Below are positions 40,360 to 50,458 of a stretch of DNA of 64,000 bases, one piece after another (positions within the stretch are counted from its first letter, which is position 1; the number at the start of each line of letters is the position of its first letter). Source of the stretch: Rhizophagus irregularis. Lineage: Eukaryota. Under the pieces are notes generated by a model. It made no database searches and was not told where the DNA came from. It saw only the letters and a list, made by a program, of their open reading frames with translations. The position numbers and the translations under genes were made by a program. The stretch lies in assembly GCF_026210795.1 (NCBI RefSeq), contig NC_089429.1, positions 3,162,001 to 3,226,000 on the forward strand, in the 5' to 3' direction.

Positions 40360-41804
40360 CAGTCAACTCTCTTTATAGTCACACATTTGGGACAGTCCAC
40401 ATTTGGTGATTATAAAAAGATGTGACTATATAAAAAATTTCTTATATTTGTATATCATAATTTCGGCCAAAAATTAACATAATTTTAGCCAGAATTATAC
40501 TTAAAACTTTATTGTATCGTAACTTCACCAATATTAATCGTAGAGAGATGATCTTACCGCCATTCGATTCGTCTTGATGAGACGGTTCTAATGGTATAAA
40601 ATACGTCGAAATCCAATCACTAGATTAATTTCCGAAATTAAAAAAAATATTAATGGTTTTTGTGTAATAACTCTGCCAATATTGATCCTAGAAAGACGAT
40701 CTTACTACCATTCGATTCGTCTTGATGAGACGGTTCTAATGGTATAAAATACGTCGAAATCCAATCACTAGATTAATTTCCGAAATTAAAAAAAATATTA
40801 ATGGTTTTTGTGTAATAACTCTGCCAATATTGATCCTAGAAAGACGATCTTACTACCATTCGATTCGTCTTGATGAGACGAATCTAATGGTATAAGATAC
40901 ATCGAAATCCAATCACTAGATCAATTTCCGAAATTAAAAAATATTAAATGGTTTTTAAGCAATAACTCCGTCAATATTGATCACATAGCGATGAGCTTAC
41001 CACCATTCGATTCGTCTCGATGAGGCGATTCCAACGAGCTATAAATCGTCTTTTTATAATCACTAAGTACTGAGAAATCTAGCAAAATGTTAAATGGCGC
41101 AGTAAACGTAAATCAAGAAATATTATAATGCCGATGTTTAACATTTTGTTGAATAACTCGTCAGCCAGTGATCGGAAAAGGATAAAACTTACCTAAAATG
41201 GTGGTATGGAAGGGTACTAGATGGTTGATGTTACCTGTCGAAAGTCCTCCATGAAAGTAGATGCTCTCTAAAGGTCGTTAAATAAATTGAGTATCAGTAT
41301 CATGCAATGGGTATAGGATGAGTAGGCGGCGTGTACCTAGCTTCAGATCAGCCTAAAATGGCCCGATGGGGGATGTCTTCTATAGTGGTGCTGTTACCTG
41401 AGGAATTAAGTACTCGGTATAATGGTTGCCCATTGAAGATGATAGGACACAGGACCGAGATTAGTCTCATAAGAGGCAATGGGTGGTCTGGCCGTAAACA
41501 CTTGCAAAGGAAAAGGATAAAACTACCACCATTCGATTCGTCTCAGTGAGACGATTCTAACAAGCTATGATACATCTTTGTACGATTATTAGATGCCAAG
41601 TTATTTAATATATTCTTTATATAACTGTGATTATAAACAGTTCTTTTTAATATAAGATTTTTGAGGATAGGTGTGATAGTGACTATAGATAGATTGTGAC
41701 TATATAGGATAGATTTTAATAATAAAGTGTTTTGAACATTCAACTGGTGTGACTATATAGTAGAATGTGACTATAACGGGAGTGACTATAGAGGGAGTTG
41801 ACTG
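40360..41804. mobile_element. pogo/Tc1-type MITE copy B, carrying one retro-insertion
   Basis: Same TIRs as copy A with TA flanks; internal tandem hairpin modules. Confidence 0.92.
41190..41508 (+). mobile_element. 5'-truncated copy of the SINE-like element
   Basis: Near-identical to 37219-37538; own 16-bp TSD GGAAAAGGATAAAACT (41174-41189, 41509-41524). Confidence 0.88.
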
Positions 41805-42946
41805 TATATGTAGAAAAATATATTGTGATGCTGATGTTGACGTATTTATATAAGGTAGTAATTCAACCCAGTCCCGATATTCAGCCTTGGTGGTTTGATT
41901 ATGAAGAAAAGACTGAATTTCTTGAAAAAAGTTCACTAAACTACTTTGAGAATTAATGTACTTTTTTATGATGACATTAATACCTTCAACACGTTGAGTT
42001 GACATTATACCTGCAGTAAAGAACTGCTAATAAATAAGTAAAAATGTAAATTGTTTAACAATTATTGCCATAAAATTTATCATCAGGTAAACGTTTTTGC
42101 CCATGATTTCTTAATTTTATCTAATGTTCCCATTAAATAATTACTAGTAGAAGGAAATGCTTCAATTAATTGATTTCATCTAATTTTAAATACAGCTTCA
42201 TTTAAACTATTCTGGACTGAATAAAATTTAAATAAGAAATTGCGATAATTTTCACCCAAAGAACTTTGTATATGACGATCCAAATTTTGATGGATATGAA
42301 GTATATAATGAATATGTTTAATATGGGGTAAAAGTGTTTTTAATGCTGCATTCAAACCTGTAAATAGCATTTGGTGTAATTCTATTGTTTGCTTCTAATA
42401 GTTGTTCTAAAACTTAAATATAAGATGCTGATATTTCATCAGATAATAATACTTGTGCAAAAACTTGTGTATGATTTCGATTGTCAATATCAACAAATAA
42501 GTAAAGAGCCATGTGGTATTTATTCGTCCTTGATGTATTATCAGTTATAATAACATTATGGTAGTACTGATGTAAATCTTGTTAATTTAATTCCATTCAG
42601 AAAATATTAAATAATCTTTCTTGATAGATTTTTTTAGCAATAAACATTCCAGGATCCTCTTTTTGCTAATTTTCAAGTTTCTCTAATAGCCAGAATGCAT
42701 TATTATCTGGATTATTAGCTTCACAATGAGAATTATCCTGTTTAAAGGATTGAATCGCATTTATTACATCTCTTTCCAAAAATATTTGCTGTGAAAATTC
42801 AGCAATTAAAAGATTCCAAATTATAAAGCTGCCTATTCTAGGTGAATTATTAACATAAAACTTTATTCAACTCATTACTGTCTCAGATAAATTATGATAT
42901 GATAACACAAATACTGCTGTGGCAATGTTAAGATTATGATTCTTAT

Positions 42947-43198
42947 GTGGGTCCTGTGAATGCCTTGTGAAAAAAGTAGGCATTTATGCTAAGAATGACC
43001 GTTTCAAAATGAATCATACCCTCTGAGCAAAAATTTCATCCGACAGTGCACACGTGAGGTGCTTTCATGCATGACGAGTGGTTTGGTAATTAATAATATT
43101 AGATAGTGTAGATTTAGTTTTTGTTATAATTGTATTCTCTGAATCTTGTTTTCTGTTTAATAAACTATCAAATGCATTGCAGAAAAAAAAAAAAAAAA
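42947..43198 (+). mobile_element. Poly(A)-tailed retro-insertion
   Basis: AATAAA at about 43159, A-tail 43183-43200, 17-bp TSD AAGATTATGATTCTTAT (42930-42946, 43199-43215). Confidence 0.85.
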
Positions 43199-43365
43199 AA
43201 GATTATGATTCTTATACTGTGGTTCAAAGGTAGTTATCCTGGGATTTGATTCAGTTTTTGTCCAACAAATATTTATATAACATGTACATTCAATGTGAGA
43301 AGATGTGGTAATACGTGTTATATTTGGATCATTGCCTTTATATGATTTTAGCTTACCAGCATGAT

Positions 43366-44315
43366 TAAAGTTGCCTGCCGAAATTAGGGAGTTTTGGCAT
43401 GTCGAAATTGTCAAAACTATTTCGACATTTCGACACTGGCTCTCTGATTTGTTGAAATGCCAAAATAGTTTCGACATGTCGAAATTGTCAAAACCTAAAA
43501 ATATTACGTTTTACATAATAACTCGGCATCCAATGATTGTAGAAAGATGCGCCATAGCTCGTTGGAATCGTCTCATAACGACGAGTCGAATGGTGGTTAG
43601 ATCGTCTTTCTTTCTACGATCACTGGATGCCGAGATATTTAACGAAACATCAAAAATCGGCATTTTGTATTTTGCGATACTGCGCCATTTGACGTTTCAC
43701 ATAATAACTTGGCATCCAATGATCGTAGAAAGATGCACCATATCTCATTGGAATCATCTCATAACGACGAGTCGAATGGTGGTAAGATCGTCTTTCTACG
43801 ATCACTGGATGCCGAGATATTTAATGAAACGTCAAAAATCGGCATTTTGTATTTTGCGATACTGCGCCATTTGACGTTTCGCCTATTATCTCGGCATCCA
43901 GTGATCGTAAAAAGATTATTTAACCACCATTCGACTCGTCGTTATGAGACGATTCCAACGAGCTATGGTGCATCTTTCTATGATCATTGGATGCCGAGTT
44001 ATTATGTGAAACGTCAAATGGCGCAATATCGCAAAATACAAAATGCCGATTTTTGATGTTTCGTTAAATATCTCGGCATCCAGTGATCGTAGAAAGACGA
44101 TCTAGCCACCATTCGACTCGTCGTTATGAGACGATTCCAACGAGCTATGGCGCATCTTTCTACGATCATTGGATGCCGAGTTATTATGTAAAACGTAATA
44201 TTTTTAGGTTTTGACAATTTCGATATGTTGAAACTATTTCGGCATTTTGGCATTTTGACAGGTTTTAGTTTCGACATTTCGACAATGGCCTGTAGAGTTT
44301 CGGCAGGCAACTTTA
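43366..44315. mobile_element. hAT-type MITE with internal direct and inverted hairpin modules
   Basis: TIR TAAAGTTGCCTGCCGAAA / TTTCGGCAGGCAACTTTA; 8-bp TSD AGCATGAT/AGCGTGAT. Confidence 0.9.
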
Positions 44316-44710
44316 AGCGTGATTATATTCAAATATCTTTTTACTAATATCTTTATCAACTCGATAATAAGTATTTTGCAACAACCTCCAGGAAAAACCT
44401 TTTATTTTTGCATATGTATGTAATACTTGGTCTACATGTTTCCAACTTTCAAATTTATAACCAACCATTAACTCAAGTGCTTATTCTTTTAGATTGTCAT
44501 TAATCTGAAGTTCTTGAAAAACTCTTAAATGGTTTTTTCTGGAGATTACAGATTTTGACATAGTGTTTTCCTTATTTAAATCAGCGTTGTCCATTTTTGT
44601 TTTAAATGTTACATTAAAATAGCAGTATGAATAGTACAAATAGTATGAATTAAAAAATTTTTTTTTGTTTAATATGAAGTATTTACACATGTGATGTATC
44701 ATATGATGTA

Positions 44711-45449
44711 CACAGTGAAATTTGATAAACCAGATCTTCAATAAACCGGATTTGGGCCTAAATCAGACTTTTTTGCTGAAATCAAATCACGTATATTAAA
44801 ATAGATTTGATATACCAGAGTTTACTAGTAAAAGCTCAATATTCGCTATAATGAATCAATTTTCTAACCAGCTATAGTAAAAATGATTCGATAAACCAGA
44901 TCATGTGACTGGGAACCAATAAAATTTAAGTAACGTGATGCGGTAAATCTTAAATTTAGCTGGAATTATAAAAATCTTAATTCCGGCTGAAGTTATGTAT
45001 TACTTATATATTCAATTAAAATATTTTATATTCATTTTCATGACCTCTATGACTTAAAACTAGACGAAAAAATCAAATTATAATGTATATTAGTTTGGAA
45101 TTGTCAAATTTTCACTGGTAGTGATTTTCACCGGTCATGTGATCATGTGATTACTTATGTTATACAATATAACATATATTTATCATATTTATGAAATTTG
45201 TTTTTGCTTTGCTTGCTTTGCTTTTCTTTTATTTTGGCTAAATCATATTTCTGCCAACATTAATAACGGTGAAAATCACCACCGGTGAGATTTAGCAATA
45301 CCCTATTAGTTTTATTAGTATGAAAATTTTTTAAAAATTCAATATAATAGATTTTCAATATATCAAAATTTTTTCGCTAAACCAGATATCCCGATAAACC
45401 AGATATTTTTAGTGAAACCAATAGATCTGGTTTATCGAATTTCACTGTG
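44711..45449. mobile_element. pogo/Tc1-type MITE
   Basis: TIR CACAGTGAAATT.GATAAACCAGATCT / AGATCTGGTTTATCGAATTTCACTGTG; TA flanks. Confidence 0.85.
45097..45303. mobile_element. Small nested MITE with 9-bp TSD (Mutator-like)
   Basis: Imperfect ~40-bp TIRs; TSD TATTAGTTT (45088-45096, 45304-45312). Confidence 0.7.
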
Positions 45450-45926
45450 TATATAGTACATAACAATAATATCACATGTAGTAGGGTAGGTGGCAAAAAT
45501 CATGTTACCACCCCAGGTGGTATGAGGACTTTTTCATAATATAATTGAATAAATATATATAATATAATAAATATAGTATATTCATATACTGTAAATCACA
45601 TGCTTATTATTTTATTAGTCAAATTTTATATAATGGACTATTTATTATCATAGATAACAGCTATTTAGATAAGTAGAATTATATGCTTTTAAAATTATAT
45701 TATTAAAAATTTTTTTTTTTAACTTTTTAATAAAATCACATGATATATATATATAAACATACAGATTTTCCCCAGTAACATAATTAAAATTTCACTATCA
45801 CATGATCGTGAAAATATTCATCACAACCATTATACCTACTGCGTTTTCTTATTTGAGGGACTCAGTTTTTTTCAAGTAGTTAAAAACTTATTCGTCACAC
45901 ATTATTCATCATGGTTTAATTTCACG

Positions 45927-46387
45927 TATTACAGCTATTTTCTAAATTATTGACCTCCTCCCTGTTATTTTTAAAAAATTTTTCAGACACAGTCAGACGC
46001 AGTCAGACAGTCAGACACAGTAATTCGGGCTGACTTATAGTGCCGGCCGGAATTATGAGTCATGTGGTTACACAAATTCCAAAAAAGGAAATTTTTGAAT
46101 TTGCAAAAATCACAAAAAATATTTTTTTTGTGGAACGGGTATCGCCCAAAAAGGAAATTTGACACGATATTATTCCTTTTTGGGCGATACCCGTTTCACA
46201 AAAAAATATTTTTTGTGATTTTTGCAAATTCAAAAATTTCCTTTTTGGAATTTGTGTAACCACATGACTCATAATTCCGGCCGGCACTATAAGTCAGCCC
46301 GAATTACTGTGTCTGACTATGTCTGACTGCGTCTGAAAAATTTTTTAAAAATAACAGGGGTCAATAATTTAGAAAATAGCTGTAATA
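45927..46387. repeat. Near-perfect ~460-bp palindrome (foldback element)
   Basis: Arms mirror around ~46168, e.g. TATAGTGCCGGCCGGAATTATGAGTC.. / ..GACTCATAATTCCGGCCGGCACTATA. Confidence 0.9.
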
Positions 46388-47066
46388 TATAATGGGCCAA
46401 ATGTCATGTAATAGTAAAATTTTAATGGTGTTACTGGGAGCATAGCGAACATCCCTTATACTGTCACATTATTGCCGATCATTTGCTGATCATTTATTAA
46501 TCATCTTTTCAATATTATCTGGTTAATATATAAAGCTGAAATGATGTTTGATTTGACAATTTTGAGGGTAAAATTGATCAATATTAATAGAAATTATATC
46601 AATACATGTAAATTTTTATAATTAATAAATAAAATGAAAATTCAAATTTTATAATCTTGAGATCCAGTGAACATATTCTAATGAATTATATACTATTGGA
46701 TATACTATTAGATTGGTCTTAATGAGAGGATTCAAATGGTAGTAAAATCATTGCCATCAGATCCATATTGGCAAAGTTATTGCATTTTAAAATTTTGTAC
46801 TAAATTAAATAGTAATATTATTAGTGGTTTTGTTTTTTATCGCCATGGCGATGCATCGCCAGTGTCACATGATTTTATAATTCTGGTCGGAATTAAAAGA
46901 TCGTCAAAGAAATTTCCTTTTTTGGAAGTTTTGTGTAACAAAAACTTGAATTTTGCTGAAAAATAAAATTGCCTTTTTTTTGGATTGTATAACGTTACCT
47001 AAAGCTCCAAAAAAGGATATTTTGGCCAGCGTTATAAAATTTGGCCGAGATTAAGCATGTGATGTA

Positions 47067-49251
47067 CAGTCGCCACTGGATATAACGAACCAGCCGTTCC
47101 AAGAGATTTGGTTCAGTATATAACGAATTCGATATATAATATTTATGTTATATACCGAACTGTTCGGTATATAAATTTTATCCAATAGTTTTAGCTGCAC
47201 ATGACCATTATATTTAAATTAAAGTTAATAAAATGCGCGATGTACTACAATATTATTTTATTAACGACTATAATTATTAACCAGCTATTTAAACATTATT
47301 ATTATTATATTAGAAGTAATGAAGATCAAGCTGTTTAAGATTATTTACAACTAAAAGTTTTACTTTTTTATGTAATTTTCTTAAAACCTTTAACTCTTCA
47401 TTTACATCACCAAATTCCGGTCTCTGTTCATACAAAAATTTTATAGTTTTATCTATAGCCTTTTCTGCATCTGTTGGACTCACTTTTTCCGATATAGGTG
47501 TAAATTCAGTCTCATCCATCATATCTTCCTCTTCCTTATCTGCATTTCGTATAGTATCAACTATTTCAAAATCTGTAAGCCCACCTTTCGGCATCTCATC
47601 CTCAACATGAAGGTATTCATACGCATTAAGATCACTATTTGGAAGCTGGGAAATTAACGCTTCAAGTTCATCAATATCCATATCAAAACTAAGAAAAATA
47701 GAAGTTAATGTTAATTTTAAAAAAATTATATTATATAATTTTGCATACCTATCATCAGAAAATGCTGAATCATTATCAGGAAATTCTCCAGTTTCGTTAA
47801 TACTTGGTGGAAGAATACCCGTTTTCTTCCAACAGTTTGAAATCGTTTGAGAAGATACTATTGACCATGCTTCAGCTGCATTCTGTAGAGCATCATAAAT
47901 GGTATAATCTGCAAGTTCTTCCACAATACCGTCCTGCACATCATCATATGCATCAATCCTATTCTGAATGAAAAGGCGTTTGTAATGACACTTAAATGAA
48001 TGAATGATCCCCGCATCACAAGGCTGAAGTTTAGTGGTAGTATTTGGTAGAAGAAATTTCACATCTATACTATCCAACTTTTCTCGAGTTTCATCTAAAA
48101 TAAGATGTACTGGTGCATTGTCAATTAAAAAAATTATTTTTCGTCTTTTTCGTCTCATTATTTCATTGAGTTTAAGAAGAACTTCATTAAAAATGCTAAC
48201 TTGCATCCATGCTTTTTTATTCTAAAAGTAATAAACTGGAAGGTTTTTATAATTAATGTTTTTCATAACACGAGGAGTTTTGTATTTGTGAATAAATGTT
48301 AGCGTCATTTTCTCACTGCCGGTTGCATTTGTTGCACAAAATATTGTAACACGGGATTTCTCTTTTTTATGCCCTGATAGAGAATTACGTGCCAAAACTC
48401 TAAAAGGTTCCATCTTCCAGAATAGGCCAGTTTCATCACCATTCCAAATGTCTTCAGGGTTGTAAAATGCAAGGAGCTGTTGTAAAGCAAAACGATCTCT
48501 TTCTATCAATTCAGCTGAAGGAGCACTTTCAGCTTCACCTTGCTTTTTAAATTGACGCAAACCATGCCGTTTTTTAAAGCCACCTAACCAACCCTCTGAA
48601 TGATGAAAATCTTCTATTAAAAACTGTTCGGCAAAATAGCTTGCCTTTACCTTTAAGATATTACCATCAATATCTTGTTTAGTATTAAGTGCGTTGTTAA
48701 CCCATAAACCAAGTGCACCTTCCAGTTGTGGCCATTTTGGTCTGCGAAATTTTTTAGTATTTTCTTAGCTTTCTGTAATTGTAAGCCAACGGTCACTTTC
48801 TCTTAAAATGTCAGTAATTGTAGACTTCCCAACATTATATTTTTGCGCAAGTTCTACATTTTGGAGTGTTGGGTCTTTCTCTTTCATTTCACAGATTTCG
48901 CGCTTTTGTTTAGCAGAAAGACTAACTCTTTTTCTCTTTGTCAGCATTATCGGAACTTTTGAAGAAATTTATCTGATTCAGACTAACGGAAATTGGAAAA
49001 GTATTTACGCGTAATGGTGATGTGATCATCTTTTATATTAGCCCATATAAGTCACATGACAGTTCGATATACTAAATATGCAGCTAATATATTTGGGCTA
49101 GCTATAATGAGTTCGGATGCGGTATATAGCAATTTATTATGTGATTTCGTTATATTCAATGTAGTTTATTATAAAAAATTAGTTCCGTAAAACTTAGTTC
49201 ACTATAACAAGTTTTCGGTACAAACAGGTTCGTTATAACCAGTGGTGACTG
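47067..49251 (-). mobile_element. pogo/Tigger DNA transposon, full length
   Basis: TIR CAGTCGCCACTGGATATAACGAACC / GGTTCGTTATAACCAGTGGTGACTG; TA TSD. Confidence 0.93.
47310..48947 (-). pseudogene. pogo/Tigger transposase (CENP-B-type HTH + DDE_1)
   Basis: KRKRVSLSAKQKREI, SEGWLGGFKKRH, NGDETGLFW, KAWM, IDNAPVH, PNTTTKLQPCDAGII and ISNCWKKTGI; in-frame stops at about 48765 and 48222. Confidence 0.92.
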
Positions 49252-50458
49252 TATAGGGAGTGACAAATAGTATTTTTTGCACTGAAAAAATTCTAAGTCC
49301 CCAGAATAAATAATAAAAATGGAAAACTAGAGGATGTGATGCAGGGTGACAAATTATTCACATATGTAAAGTCACGTGATACTTGCGACACATCGCTATG
49401 GGGATTTTTTATAAAATCCTTATTCACAAGCCGATGCAACCGGCACATTCGGCAAAACTCGTAAAACTCCGAATAGGGAAAATTATATCGCTAGAGAGCA
49501 CTCATTCCTCAGGACCCCGGATATCTCCAAAACAGGTCATAAGTCACACTTTCGGCAGATTGGCCCATTTTTCAGGGGACTCAAAAAATCGTTTTTTGTA
49601 AATATCTCGGCATCCAGTAGTCCAATTTTGATGAACTTTTTTTTAAATTGTAGAGCTAAATGAGGGCTACAAAATAAAAAAATGTTCATTAAAATTGAAT
49701 TACTGGATGCTGAGATATTTACAAAAAACGATTTTTTGAGTTTTAGCAAAAAGGGGTGTTTTTGGCCAAAAGTCCATTATGACCTTTATATTAGATATCC
49801 GGGGTCCTCATTCCTCCGATTTGCAGATGCTAATGTATCATATTCACAGTATTAATAATTGCAAATATTAATTTGGCCATAACTTTTGTGTTACCTAAAA
49901 TTATGCTGTATTACTTTAGCCATTAATTTTAAAGACATTAATCTATACTCATAAAAATTTCAAGTTTCGCCCGAACTTCTGTGGCTTCGTCCAAAACTTC
50001 AAAGTTGATGATCGGCATATATTAATTAATTGAAAAATTTGGCCTAAAACTAACTTTGGCATTACATTTTATTTTGGCACAAAATTTTTAAAACTGTTAA
50101 TACTTTAAACTATTAAATAAAATAATTTAATGTGATTTTTTTACACATTTATGGTTTGAAATAATGCTTCAAAGTTAATGTAATGTCACATATATTATGA
50201 TCAGCAAATGATCAGCATGTGATAATAAGCATGTTCGCTATGCTGTTACTGGGGAAGTTATGAACACTGTGTAAATTAAGAAATTTTCTTTTTAAATGTT
50301 TTTGTATTAAGGTAAATTTATATAAAATAATTATATTTTTTGTCTATTTGCAGATAATCATTCATACAAATAATTCTTTTTATTAAAATACAAAAAATTT
50401 GGGTTAAAAAAAAGTTTATAAGAATTTCTAATATTTTATTGCATAGTAATATTATATA

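Larger units (their letters stand above)
39050..44594 (-). pseudogene. FAR1/MULE-type transposase remnant
   Basis: MDNADL start, FEIWKHVDQV, ECTCYINI, DNTSRTNKYHMALYLFVDIDN, HIHYILHIHQNL, FTAGIMSTQRVEGIN, SWIM-like LVCRNFF and a C-terminal CCHC remnant. Confidence 0.75.
38630..45535 (-). mobile_element. MULE/Mutator element 1 (heavily decayed, many nested insertions)
   Basis: Inverted ends CCATCCAGGATGGTATTTAATTTTTTGCCACC (~38643) versus GGTGGCAAAAATCATGTTACCACCCCAGGTGG (~45489) flank a FAR1/MULE transposase remnant. Confidence 0.65.
46439..50244. mobile_element. Non-autonomous TIR element with 9-bp TSD (Mutator-like), hosting a pogo transposon
   Basis: TIR AGCATAGCGAACAT..GATCATTTGCTGATCAT / ATGATCAGCAAATGATC..ATGTTCGCTATGCT; TSD GTTACTGGG (46430-46438, 50245-50253). 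Confidence 0.8.

Noticed and set aside
43371..44310. ORFs of 98-167 aa with repeated peptides
   Set aside because: They are translations of the palindromic MITE modules in several frames, with no protein-family motifs.
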